Below are positions 18,698-28,174 of a stretch of 64,000 nt of DNA, one piece after another. The stretch is from Patescibacteria group bacterium (GTDB taxonomy: Bacteria > Patescibacteriota > Microgenomatia > Levybacterales > GWA1-39-11): positions 2,596-66,595 of the forward strand of contig DASZRG010000021.1 in the NCBI GenBank assembly GCA_035549295.1, written 5' to 3'. The number at the start of each line of letters is the position of its first letter. Within the stretch, counting starts at the first letter, position 1. The position numbers and the translations under genes are program-made. The notes beneath the pieces were generated by a model, which made no database searches, was not told the DNA's origin, and saw only the letters and a program-made list of their open reading frames with translations.

Positions 18698-19321
18698 AAG
18701 GTCATAGTTGGACTAGGCAATCCAGGAGAGAAGTATGAGAAAACTCGCCATAATTTGGGTTTTCTTGCGACAGAAGCGTTACTTGAGAAATGGGAAAGAC
18801 TCGATAAAACATTTTGGGATGATAATCACAACCTCAAATCACATATCAAAAAGATCAGAATCAAGAATCATGAATCAGGAATCAAGGATCAGGACATTCT
18901 ACTCGTTAAGCCGGCGACTTTTATGAATAACTCAGGTTTTGCGGTTTCAAAAGTGTTGAATTATTTCAAAGTTGAACCCGCTGACTTATTCGTAATTCAT
19001 GATGATCTAGATCTTCCGTTTGGCAAGATACGAGTGAGGTTTGGTGGTGGGGCAGGGGGCCATCACGGGGTCGAGTCGATCATCGAACAGCTTTCAACCG
19101 ATAAATTCTTGCGTATTAGACTAGGAATTGGTAGTCCAAAACATATCGAAGGAAAAGAAGTGAAGAGTAAAAATCATCAAAATGTTGACGATTATGTGCT
19201 TGGGAATATCACAGGTGCTTCTCGTGGGAAAGTAAAAACAATGCTTCACGAGGCCGTCAAAATAGTCGATCAGCTCCTTGAACACGGCATAGATACGTAT
19301 ATGAGTAAGTACAATAAGTAG
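18695..19321 (+). CDS. pth: Peptidyl-tRNA hydrolase with in-frame heptamer-repeat insertion
   Basis: VIVGLGNPGEKYEKTRHNLGF is the Pth N-terminal signature. A 14-codon insert (KIRIKNHESGIKDQ) is encoded by AATCA[ATG]G heptamers. Confidence 0.85.
   Translation: MKVIVGLGNPGEKYEKTRHNLGFLATEALLEKWERLDKTFWDDNHNLKSHIKKIRIKNHESGIKDQDILLVKPATFMNNSGFAVSKVLNYFKVEPADLFVIHDDLDLPFGKIRVRFGGGAGGHHGVESIIEQLSTDKFLRIRLGIGSPKHIEGKEVKSKNHQNVDDYVLGNITGASRGKVKTMLHEAVKIVDQLLEHGIDTYMSKYNK
18855..18900 (+). repeat. AATCA[ATG]G heptamer tandem array (6 units) in frame inside pth
   Basis: atcagaatcaagaatcatgaatcaggaatcaaggatcaggac. 42 nt keeps the reading frame. Confidence 0.8.
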
Positions 19322-19400
19322 ATACTAGTGACTAGATACTAGATATTAGTTGTTTAAGATGTGTATTTGCTAGTAGCTAGTATCTAATATCTAGTTTCTA
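19322..19400. repeat. Inverted heptamer-repeat element, family A
   Basis: gatactagtgactagatactagatattag ... ctagtatctaatatctagtttctaactag. Confidence 0.8.
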
Positions 19401-19401
19401 A

Positions 19402-20034
19402 CTAGACTTTTCCAGCTAGGGGATTTTTACCGCGGATTTCTTTGTTTGTTATCTTTCCATCTGAGTCTATTTGATAGACATACGCTTCGCCTGTACCTAT
19501 TTCAAGTCCAGAGATTTTGTCCTCTGGTATATTTTCGAGATATTTAACTAGTGCTCGAAGTGCATTGCCACTTGATGCAATAATAATGTTTTTACCATTT
19601 TTAAGTTGTGGTTCAATTTCTTTTTGATAATATGGAAGTGCTCTTTCGTAAACTTCTTTAAGAGATTCTCCTGATGGGATAGGGTAGTCCCAACTGCGTC
19701 TGATTTGTTGGAAGACTTCTTCGCCGACCTCTTCCTTTACCTGCCATTTATTTTTGTTGCTAAAGTCTCCGTAGTTTCTTTCATTAAGTTCCCAGGCAAC
19801 AGTTGTTGGGATGTCGGTTTGACCAATTGTTTTTTTAACTTCATCGAGTGTCTCTTTGGCTCGCCTTAAGATAGAGGTAAATGAAAGGTCAAACTCAATA
19901 TCTTTTAGTTCTTCGCCAGTTTTTTGAGCTTGTTCAACTCCTTCGGGGACAAGGCTGGGGTCAATCCAACCACACCAAAGACCCTTTTTGTTGTATTCGG
20001 ATAATCCATGTCGGACGAGTACGAGATAAGCCAT
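19402..20034 (-). CDS. gpmA: 2,3-bisphosphoglycerate-dependent phosphoglycerate mutase (short form)
   Basis: LVRHGLSEYNKKGLWCGWIDPSLVPEGVEQA is the histidine-phosphatase RHGxSxWN motif region. Confidence 0.75.
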   Translation of the reverse strand: MAYLVLVRHGLSEYNKKGLWCGWIDPSLVPEGVEQAQKTGEELKDIEFDLSFTSILRRAKETLDEVKKTIGQTDIPTTVAWELNERNYGDFSNKNKWQVKEEVGEEVFQQIRRSWDYPIPSGESLKEVYERALPYYQKEIEPQLKNGKNIIIASSGNALRALVKYLENIPEDKISGLEIGTGEAYVYQIDSDGKITNKEIRGKNPLAGKV

Positions 20035-20039
20035 AGTAT

Positions 20040-20115
20040 GTATAGGGATATTAGTAACTATAGACTAGTAACTAGCAATTTCTAATATCTAGTATCTAAT
20101 ATCTAGTTTCTTAAG
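20040..20115. repeat. Inverted heptamer-repeat element, family A
   Basis: gggatattagtaactatagactagtaactag ... ctaatatctagtatctaatatctagtttc. Confidence 0.8.
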
Positions 20116-20116
20116 T

Positions 20117-21358
20117 CTAGATGCCTGCTTCGATTTCAAGAAGGCGATTGTATTTTGAAAGTCTTTCGGAACGTGACATTGAGCCTGTTTTTATAAATTC
20201 AGATCCGCATGCATAGGCTAGATCGGCTATAAAATTGTCCTCAGTCTCCCCACTTCTGTGAGAAATTGCAGTTGCCCAGCCGGCTGCATGTGTCATGTTG
20301 ATGGCTTCAGCAGTCTCTTTGATAGAGCCAATTTGATTTACCTTTACTAGAACTGCAGTTGCAGCACCCTCGTCAATTCCTTTTTGAATTCTTTTAGGAT
20401 TTGTGACAAAAAGATCGTCACCGATAGTTGTAAATTGGAATTTGCGCGCCATATCACCAAATATTTTGTGGTGTTCCCAGTCGTCTTCTGCAAAAGCATC
20501 CTCAAAGGAGAGTATTTTGTATTTCTGGCCAATTTCTTGGTAATATTTGGTGAGTTCTTCACCAGTTAATGATTTACCGATCTTGTGCATTTCGTACTTA
20601 CCATCTTTAAAGAATTCAGTTGATGCAACATCAAGTGATAGACGATAATCTTTAACATTTTCATATCCAGCATTCTTTGCAGCTTCTATTATTGTATCAA
20701 GTACTTCTTCGTCGCTTGATAGAGCAGGTGAGTAGCCTCCCTCATCTCCGACGAGTGTTGAGAGACCCTTTTTCTTGAGAGTTTTTCCTAGATTATGGAA
20801 AATTTCAGCTGCAATTCTAATTGATTCAGAGGGGGTTTTTGTATTTGGGACAACCATAAATTCCTGGATATCGAAATTCCAGTCAGCGTGTTTACCACCA
20901 TTTACTATATTAACGAGTAGATTGGGGAAGTTGGGCTTAGTGTCTTTGAAGTAGTATTCATTCATGAATTTCCAGAGCGGCTTGCCTGCTGCGTGTGCTG
21001 CTGCGCGGACTACGGCTTGTGATATTGCGAGGATCGCATTTGCGCCAAGATTGGCTTTATTTTCGGTCCCATCAAGCTCAAGCATGATTTCATCTATCGT
21101 GTTGGGATCAGGCTCAAGACCTGTGATTTTTGGAGCTATTTTAGTGTTTACGTTGTCAACCGCTTTGGTGACGCCCTTACCAAGGTATTTTGACTTATCT
21201 TCATCGCGTAGCTCTACTGCTTCGTGAGATCCAGTTGATGCTCCTGATGGCACAGATGACTGGTGAGTTGAGTCATCATCAAGTGTGACGTATGCGCGGA
21301 CAGTAGGATTGCCGCGAGAGTCTAGTATCTGAATGGCGCGAACGGACTTTATATTCAT
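20117..21358 (-). CDS. eno: Enolase (phosphopyruvate hydratase)
   Basis: MNIKSVRAIQILDSRGNPTV..., and SHRSGETED. True start is the ATG at 21358; the track extends to TTG 21394. Confidence 0.93.
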   Translation of the reverse strand: MNIKSVRAIQILDSRGNPTVRAYVTLDDDSTHQSSVPSGASTGSHEAVELRDEDKSKYLGKGVTKAVDNVNTKIAPKITGLEPDPNTIDEIMLELDGTENKANLGANAILAISQAVVRAAAHAAGKPLWKFMNEYYFKDTKPNFPNLLVNIVNGGKHADWNFDIQEFMVVPNTKTPSESIRIAAEIFHNLGKTLKKKGLSTLVGDEGGYSPALSSDEEVLDTIIEAAKNAGYENVKDYRLSLDVASTEFFKDGKYEMHKIGKSLTGEELTKYYQEIGQKYKILSFEDAFAEDDWEHHKIFGDMARKFQFTTIGDDLFVTNPKRIQKGIDEGAATAVLVKVNQIGSIKETAEAINMTHAAGWATAISHRSGETEDNFIADLAYACGSEFIKTGSMSRSERLSKYNRLLEIEAGI

Positions 21359-21364
21359 ATTAAT

Positions 21365-21480
21365 GCCTAAATAAGCAAGGATCCTAATAAGCAAATGAAT
21401 GATTTAAATATTAAATGATTAAAGCATTCAAAATTGAATTTGCTTATTTGTCATTTGCATATTTGCTTATTATATTCCAA
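21365..21480. repeat. Large imperfect palindrome, family F ('aataagcaaa' arms)
   Basis: aataagcaaatgaatgatttaaatattaaatgattaaagcattcaaaattgaatttgcttatttgtcatttgcatatttgcttatt. Related copies occur at 44735-44895 and 54395-54535. Confidence 0.75.
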
Positions 21481-22084
21481 GTAAATGGAGTGTAAATATT
21501 ATCAAATTATTGACCAATTGTCCAAGGGATAAACCGCCTATTGGGAAGAAGAATAAAAAGAACAAAATATATATACCATATCGCTCGATTGCCATATAAG
21601 AACGGAGTAAATCATTTGGCAAAAAAGCGGCCAAAACGCGCGATCCATCGAGTGGTGGTATGGGAATAAGGTTAACAAACCCTAACATCAAATTTATCTG
21701 TACAACCAGAAAAATGATGCTTTGGTTGATGTCAGATAGTGGTACAAACCTCAAAATTTCGGCTGCAACTATCGCAATCGCAAAATTTGTGAGCGGTCCG
21801 GCGAGTCCTGTGAGTGCCATGTCTTTCATTGGTTCATGAAAATGTCGAGGATTGATAGGTACTGGCTTCGCTGCTGCAAAAAAGAAAGTTCCACCGCTTG
21901 ATAAATATAATAGAGTCGGGACAATAATGCTTGTTACAGGATCAAGATGTGGTATGGGGTTGAGTGTGAGACGGCCCATGATGCGCGCAGTTGGATCGCC
22001 TAGGCGATCTGCAACTACGCCGTGCATGACTTCATGAAGAATTGCAGAAAAAAGAAGTATAGCAAGAGGAATTAAGATTTCCAT
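21470..22084 (-). CDS. Site-2 protease-family (M50) zinc metalloprotease, membrane
   Basis: HEVMHG (HExxH) in a TM helix, and NLIPIPPLDGSRV (LDG motif). Confidence 0.7.
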   Translation of the reverse strand: MEILIPLAILLFSAILHEVMHGVVADRLGDPTARIMGRLTLNPIPHLDPVTSIIVPTLLYLSSGGTFFFAAAKPVPINPRHFHEPMKDMALTGLAGPLTNFAIAIVAAEILRFVPLSDINQSIIFLVVQINLMLGFVNLIPIPPLDGSRVLAAFLPNDLLRSYMAIERYGIYILFFLFFFPIGGLSLGQLVNNLIIFTLHLLGI

Positions 22085-22127
22085 GAGTAATAATATTAGC
22101 AAAAACAGATATTAATTCACAGTGGGG

Positions 22128-23231
22128 CTATTTTTTGTCGTAGTGTTTGAGAAATTCTAAAAATGAAGCGATTCTATCCTCCTCGCTCATACTCTCAAGG
22201 CTTTTTCCATGCGTTGCGCGCCATATGCCAACTGCGCGAATTCTAGACCTTAAGTCAACTTTTCTTTTTTTATCAGCGTCAGAAAACTGAGCAACTCCCG
22301 ATAAAATAACTTTCTCATGAGTTACTGGAAGAGAACTATTTGCAAGGTCACCGAATAGATACTCGTCTTCTTCAGTATCGACAATAGGAGCATATCGGCT
22401 ATATCGTGACCTTTGAGGAATATGATTGTTATCAAGTGTAACTTCTTCCCCATAGGGTAGAATAGTGCTGGATGAAAATTCTGGATACTGTGAATCTGTG
22501 TCATCGTCACTTTTTGAATTATCCTCGGGTGGTATAGATGGCGAGTCTTCTGCGGAGTTTCTGTCTATATTTCGTGCAGCCCAGGGAATATGTATATCTC
22601 CCAATTCTCCAGCCAAAATCTCTTCTGCAACTTGCCTAAATAACGCAATAGGAGCTGCGACTTTATAGTCTTTTTTATTTCCTGCTCCAAGTTCCACAAA
22701 TCTTTCTCGGACAATACCCCTCAATGGAGGGTTTAGACCTTTTTCGAAAAGATCAAGCATGTGTTGCGAGTCGAGCGTCAGACCTTTTTCAGCAACAAGC
22801 CTCTTTAATCGAATATTTAGTTGGGTTAGATCTGGTGTTGTTCCTTCATCAGGTGCGGTCTCGAGATAATCGTCAATTTCTTGCTGTTGTTGAAGGACAG
22901 CCGCTTGTCGTTGTGAAAAATCCTCAAGGATCGTTGCACGGAATTGAGATTCGTTCGCGCTTATACTTCTCATATCTCGTACGCCTTGCGCTAGGAATCT
23001 TGTTCTTAGCGATGCTTTTGCAGCTTTAATTTCTGTGGAATAAGCGAGGACTTTCATAGCGTCGTCGATACCATAGGTAACACCTTCGCCATTTTTCTCG
23101 GCAATATATTCATCTAGTCTTTTTTTGAGAGCATCCATTGGCGATGGAGCATCACTTGGAGCGTGTGTTTTTGCTGGGGCTGTGGCCTCTATGACTGCTG
23201 TTGGTGCGCCTGAATATTCAGTTCTTTCCAT
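22128..23231 (-). CDS. Hypothetical protein (last gene of large-paralog operon)
   Basis: 367-aa ORF, codirectional and tightly spaced with the upstream genes. No family recognised. Confidence 0.45.
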   Translation of the reverse strand: MERTEYSGAPTAVIEATAPAKTHAPSDAPSPMDALKKRLDEYIAEKNGEGVTYGIDDAMKVLAYSTEIKAAKASLRTRFLAQGVRDMRSISANESQFRATILEDFSQRQAAVLQQQQEIDDYLETAPDEGTTPDLTQLNIRLKRLVAEKGLTLDSQHMLDLFEKGLNPPLRGIVRERFVELGAGNKKDYKVAAPIALFRQVAEEILAGELGDIHIPWAARNIDRNSAEDSPSIPPEDNSKSDDDTDSQYPEFSSSTILPYGEEVTLDNNHIPQRSRYSRYAPIVDTEEDEYLFGDLANSSLPVTHEKVILSGVAQFSDADKKRKVDLRSRIRAVGIWRATHGKSLESMSEEDRIASFLEFLKHYDKK

Positions 23232-23284
23232 AGTGGCTCGATTATAAACTCAAAATATTAAGAATCAATATCTAATTGTTGATT

Positions 23285-25984
23285 TTATAGCTTTTTTCCG
23301 CCATGCGAAGGTTGCCTTTCTCTTATTTTGACTTCTGTGGGTTGAAGCAGTAAATCAGATTTACCTGCTGGGTTCTGGTATTCTTCAGGCACGTCTTGGT
23401 AATAGTTGAGATACATAAATCTCAATATTCCATCAAGACTGACTCCGGCACTTTTTATAATTTCAATGTTTGTTTTGAGTCTTGCGCCGGGCCCTTCATC
23501 GAATGGGTTTGATGGTGAATCCCACATAGGTTGAGCAACGGTTTTGAGAAATTCCATGACCAAATTTACTGCTTTAGAACTATCCTTTTTAAGCAAAAGC
23601 AGGTATTCATCCGGGGCACCACAAGCCTTAAGAAAGTCAATAGGGGAGCGGGCTATGCGTATTTCATAACCTTTTAAATCTGCTGCGCTAGCGACAGCTG
23701 TCATGACTGCCTCAGTTGCCTTTGTGCCAAGTACTTTTTCAATATTCATTATTCTTTCATCCGTTAGACGCAATTTGACTTCAAGCGCTGCTTCTCGGTC
23801 CGCTTTTGTTCTTGGTGCTTTTCGTTTTTCATTAGCCCATACAAACTCTACTTTCCGAGTGGTTGGAGTATCCAGTGGAGCAACCCCTACTTTATAAATC
23901 AGGAGAGTATTTCCATCGTCTTTTCCTTTTTTGCTGGGTTCAGTGGTCGGCTCAGTGAATTTGCGATACCCGAGTTCAAGAACTAGAGGGTGGGGTGAAA
24001 AGAGACCTATTGGGATAGGAATATTCATCATGGGATCGACTTTTACTTCTTCTTGAACTGGCGGTTTTAAGTCATATAGCCTCTCAAGAGTTGTACCAAT
24101 TGCTAGAAATTGCTCTTGAGTTAGACGGTCCATTGCATCGGGTGATACACCTGCCATGCGTGCTGCAAGTATCATGCGACCTTCAAACGTTTTATCAACA
24201 TTTAATTGAGTTCTAAAATATGAATTGATATCTGAAGTTGCCGAATATGTCTCTTGCGGATGTCGCGACTGCCAAAGCCGAATACCTGTAAGTTCTGGAG
24301 TGAGTCGCGGACGTGATTCAGTGGGTGTGTTGAAAGCTTGCTGTGCAGGAATACCTCCTTCTGGTCTAGGAGATCGTACTCTTGGGATGGAAGATGGTCT
24401 TTCGGATCTTGGTCGAGCAACTCGCGGTGCTCTTGGTTGCGCTTCAGGTTTTGATCTCTCTCGCACTTTATTTGAATTTTGTGTTCTTAATAATTCAACC
24501 GGTGCACCGATTGCGCGCATAAGAAGCGGTATTTGGTCTTTGTAGTATCGACGAGTTCCTGGAAGCCCCAATTTGGTAGCCGCTGTATCTATTATGTCTA
24601 GAAATCGATAAGGTGGCATACCAAGACCACCATAGTGTTTCCATATGTCTTGCGGTCCAAACATGCGAGGCGATGCGCTTTCTGTAACTTTGTTGATCAA
24701 TCTATTAAGCGCTACATCTTCGGCCTGATTTTCTGGAACTCTGAGGGTTTCAATAATATTTAACTCTTGTCTATTTTCTCGTCTTGGTCCAGCAGGTGGA
24801 AGAACTACGCGAGTAAAACCGGTTGCGTCGACTCCTGGACCCATTTTGAGAGGTCCTCGAGAATCGTTCAATATAAAATCCACTTTTTCGAGTTTAACTT
24901 CCTGAGACTCAGATGGAATAATGGGACTTTCAGCTATTTCGGGAAGAGTAGAGGGTGCGAGCACTTGATCTGGTTGAGTAATTATTGTTGCTTCTGGTTG
25001 CAATACCACTTCTGGAGGTAGCGCAGGTTGAGGCGTGATAGCTTCCTCAGCAATGAATGGTATCGCTACTACTAGTGGTTCAGGTTGGGGTATAAATGTT
25101 GCAGGATCTGAGGGGGTGGCCGCCGCAGCTTGTATTGGATCAGGTGTTAGTACTTCTTCGTCAGTTTCGATAATTACATTCGTTGCCTTCTTTCTGCTGC
25201 CACCTACATATCCCATGTTGTATGATCTTCTTCTGTCCTTTTTGTGTCTTCCGGCCAAAATTGCACCTAAAACACCTCTCGTATTAGAACCTTCCGTTTG
25301 ATCAGGCTTAGAATCATCATCAAGTTGTTTTAGTGGTGCATCAGCCGGTCTTATGCTGCGATTTGCCGCCGAAGGTGCGATCAAGTGTGTTTGTCGATCT
25401 AGTGGTTTTTTCTTTCTAATTTTAGTGTTGATTTCAGGTGGGTGAGTTGGCTTTTCTACTTCTTCTATTTCAGGAATTTCCGGCTCGTACCAACTTACCA
25501 TCAGTGGAGATTTCGAGTTGCCGCGTACTAAATTATCTGTAAGTATATTACCAGGAAATTTAGCTCTTAATCCCTCAAGTGCTTGATGCGCGATTGGGGT
25601 AGTAAACACTCTAGACCTCTTTCCATATAGAGATGGTAGACGGCTGTATAGGATTCCAGCACCATCTGAATTGTGAAGTGCATCGAACATGATGCGTTCA
25701 TCGTCTGTGAGAAGAAGTTTTTTTTCGGCTTTTTCTTCCTGCGGGATAACTGTTGGAGTAGATATATCGGTTGTAGGAAGACTATGTGCTTTGAAAACCT
25801 GAACTATCTCTGAGGGAGATAAATATCCGTCACGTGCAAGGTTATATGTGCTGTCGAGTAGGGGATGGGCGGCGTTTAGTTCTGTATCTGTCAGATAGCC
25901 TTGGCCTCTAAGTTCAAAAATCCGAGTTAGAGTAGGCGGGCGAGCGTCATTTGAATTGGTATTTTTTTGTTCAACTACCATCAC
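23285..25984 (-). CDS. Large hypothetical protein (899 aa) with Pro-rich linkers and 'FGxQDIW...GG.G.P' repeat domain
   Basis: N-terminus MMVVEQK resembles the neighbouring MVVEQEK. Motif MFGPQDIWKHYGGLGMPPYRF is shared with ORFs 28175..29914 and 25984..28062. Confidence 0.5.
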   Translation of the reverse strand: MMVVEQKNTNSNDARPPTLTRIFELRGQGYLTDTELNAAHPLLDSTYNLARDGYLSPSEIVQVFKAHSLPTTDISTPTVIPQEEKAEKKLLLTDDERIMFDALHNSDGAGILYSRLPSLYGKRSRVFTTPIAHQALEGLRAKFPGNILTDNLVRGNSKSPLMVSWYEPEIPEIEEVEKPTHPPEINTKIRKKKPLDRQTHLIAPSAANRSIRPADAPLKQLDDDSKPDQTEGSNTRGVLGAILAGRHKKDRRRSYNMGYVGGSRKKATNVIIETDEEVLTPDPIQAAAATPSDPATFIPQPEPLVVAIPFIAEEAITPQPALPPEVVLQPEATIITQPDQVLAPSTLPEIAESPIIPSESQEVKLEKVDFILNDSRGPLKMGPGVDATGFTRVVLPPAGPRRENRQELNIIETLRVPENQAEDVALNRLINKVTESASPRMFGPQDIWKHYGGLGMPPYRFLDIIDTAATKLGLPGTRRYYKDQIPLLMRAIGAPVELLRTQNSNKVRERSKPEAQPRAPRVARPRSERPSSIPRVRSPRPEGGIPAQQAFNTPTESRPRLTPELTGIRLWQSRHPQETYSATSDINSYFRTQLNVDKTFEGRMILAARMAGVSPDAMDRLTQEQFLAIGTTLERLYDLKPPVQEEVKVDPMMNIPIPIGLFSPHPLVLELGYRKFTEPTTEPSKKGKDDGNTLLIYKVGVAPLDTPTTRKVEFVWANEKRKAPRTKADREAALEVKLRLTDERIMNIEKVLGTKATEAVMTAVASAADLKGYEIRIARSPIDFLKACGAPDEYLLLLKKDSSKAVNLVMEFLKTVAQPMWDSPSNPFDEGPGARLKTNIEIIKSAGVSLDGILRFMYLNYYQDVPEEYQNPAGKSDLLLQPTEVKIRERQPSHGGKKL

Positions 25985-28062
25985 TACTTAAGATAATCGG
26001 ATACTATATCTGGTCCTATAAATGACGCTTCTTCCTCTGTTAAATTTGGGAAGAGACTTAGGAAAAACCATCTGACATTCGCATCTTCGTTCAATCTTAT
26101 AAATTCCTTGGGATCTCTGGCGTATTGGTAGAATCTATCTTCAAATCTGTTTGCAGCTTCATCTTTCGGAGGCAGAGTGATGCCGCGAGATTGCATAACA
26201 TCACGTTCGAGTTCGATCCAAGAATTCATTTTTTTAAGTGCGTCGGGACTTATAGGAATTTTATGATGTTTAACTGCACCGTTGCGAACATTAACGGATC
26301 TCATAACATGTGGTAGGGAGTATCTGTCTTCAATATCGCATTTTGCGCGAGCGTTCTCATCTTCCAGCTCCTCAGTTGGTGCTGGTTTGGGTTGGATCTC
26401 AGTATCAGGAGTTGCCGCGGCAGCTGGTGGGCGATTTTCATCAGATATCCTGCCGTGGTCGCGATATTCGACTAAATGCAATATCAAATCACTAGGTTTG
26501 TTACCTCTCCAAAAAGTGAGTAGCGGAGAAAGTATCTGGCCATCCAAATTCTGAGAGGTGAAACCGTCTCTCGAGATGGCATCTCCTAATAGTATGTCCC
26601 ATTTCTCAGCCGCAAGAAGTATTGCCTCTTCGGGGTTAGATGCATCTACTTCATCTTGGCTTCTTAGAATTACACCGTCAAGGACTTTCATAGAATCTTC
26701 GTCAATTACCAGTCCCAGTCGTGCTAGTTCGTCTTTATTTGTTTTAAGCAAAGCAGCGGTAAAAAAATAATCATTGGCATTGGGTAGCTCGTCGGCGGTT
26801 AATTCGGCGCTCGCTAGAGGAGGAGACTCCTCAAGACTCGCCGCTGCGTGGGTTCCATTGGTCGCAAGAGGTGATTGATCATCCACTTCTTCTAAGTGAC
26901 CAGGTGACAGAAATGACGATATTAGGCCCATTGCTGTGTATGGCTCTTCTTCGCCTGTATCGTGACGATTTTCGCTTAAAAGGAGCTGACCATCATCATC
27001 TCGTGCAGATTCCGAATAACGTATAATCAGTGGTGTTGACCCATCTTCCGGTTCAATCTTAGGCTCGGTTGATTCGGCGGGTTTTATGCCTTGATCAACT
27101 CTCTTGAAATGTGATGAACCTTTCATTAAATTCGCCATCTCTTCATCATACGGTCTTACTCTTGCCAGAACGTAGATAGCAATGTCTGCGGGAATTTTTT
27201 CAGATCTACTAAGGTCGTGACCTATAACGGTGCCCGTTATATCTCTTATTTTTTTAGCAAAGTTTAAATCACCACTTCTTCCCATTGAACCTGCCAATTC
27301 AGATCCCGAATATTCATCCTTTTGGTTATCAGCGAGCCATTTTTTAATAGCGCCCATATCTGCTCCAAACAGTCCAGTCATCAGAGCAGTTTCTGCTATA
27401 TCTCTGAACATCTTTTGCCCGATTGTCTCAGTATCTGAATAAATGCGTAATGAGTTTCTCATTTCAGCAAATAGCGCTCTGGTATGGGCGCTAAGCCTCC
27501 TTACACTTAGAGCTCTTGGTAAATCTTTCATGGTGAGTGGCCTATCGCCATTTTCTGCCAAAAATCTTGTGACAACCGGGTCATAAGCCTTCTTATCTTG
27601 TTCCGCTTCAGGATGAGTTTCGTCTACTTCTGGGGCATGTCCATTTGAGTGGGGAAGTGGCGTTGCGGGAGTGGTTTCTTGATGGTTGGTAGATGAACCA
27701 TTTGAAAGAAGTGCCATTTCGTTAGGCGAGATGTAGCCTTCGTTTGCGAGTGCGTCAACTCTTGTGAGGAGTGATATTTGAGTATCAAGTGCCATGATCT
27801 TCTCACTGATTTTAGTTGCCCATTTTTTTTCAGTTAGAACCTCAACTGCGGTCTTTCGCTTTTCTCCTACACTGACCAGCGCTTCAAACCTTTGTTCTAA
27901 GGGAAGTTCTGCAATTCCTGCGGCCCTTGTGGTTAACAGATTAAGTCCGTGGGTATCGATGGTAGTCTGCACATGAGCTTTGCTTCTGTCAAAACCTGCT
28001 CGCTGTTCTTGGAGCAGTCCTAAGGGAGTAGTTGGTCTTACTTTTTCTTGTTCGACAACCAT
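25984..28062 (-). CDS. Large hypothetical protein (692 aa), paralogous N-terminus MVVEQEK
   Basis: Acidic, low complexity. IKKWLADNQKDEYSGSELAGSMGRSGD resembles the shared repeat domain. Confidence 0.5.
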   Translation of the reverse strand: MVVEQEKVRPTTPLGLLQEQRAGFDRSKAHVQTTIDTHGLNLLTTRAAGIAELPLEQRFEALVSVGEKRKTAVEVLTEKKWATKISEKIMALDTQISLLTRVDALANEGYISPNEMALLSNGSSTNHQETTPATPLPHSNGHAPEVDETHPEAEQDKKAYDPVVTRFLAENGDRPLTMKDLPRALSVRRLSAHTRALFAEMRNSLRIYSDTETIGQKMFRDIAETALMTGLFGADMGAIKKWLADNQKDEYSGSELAGSMGRSGDLNFAKKIRDITGTVIGHDLSRSEKIPADIAIYVLARVRPYDEEMANLMKGSSHFKRVDQGIKPAESTEPKIEPEDGSTPLIIRYSESARDDDGQLLLSENRHDTGEEEPYTAMGLISSFLSPGHLEEVDDQSPLATNGTHAAASLEESPPLASAELTADELPNANDYFFTAALLKTNKDELARLGLVIDEDSMKVLDGVILRSQDEVDASNPEEAILLAAEKWDILLGDAISRDGFTSQNLDGQILSPLLTFWRGNKPSDLILHLVEYRDHGRISDENRPPAAAATPDTEIQPKPAPTEELEDENARAKCDIEDRYSLPHVMRSVNVRNGAVKHHKIPISPDALKKMNSWIELERDVMQSRGITLPPKDEAANRFEDRFYQYARDPKEFIRLNEDANVRWFFLSLFPNLTEEEASFIGPDIVSDYLK

Positions 28063-28174
28063 ATTTTTGATAAATTCCTACCTGATTATAGCAACTAAAA
28101 ATATTTGTACAATGTTCAATTTATCAATTAAATTGGCCCAATTCTGTAATTTTTATTACCGTTTCGGGAAGGTA

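Noticed and set aside
470-20115. CRISPR array
   Set aside because: The repeated units are 7-nt tandem or palindromic arrays and gene-scale boxes. There are no 25-40-nt direct repeats with unique similarly sized spacers, and no cas genes.
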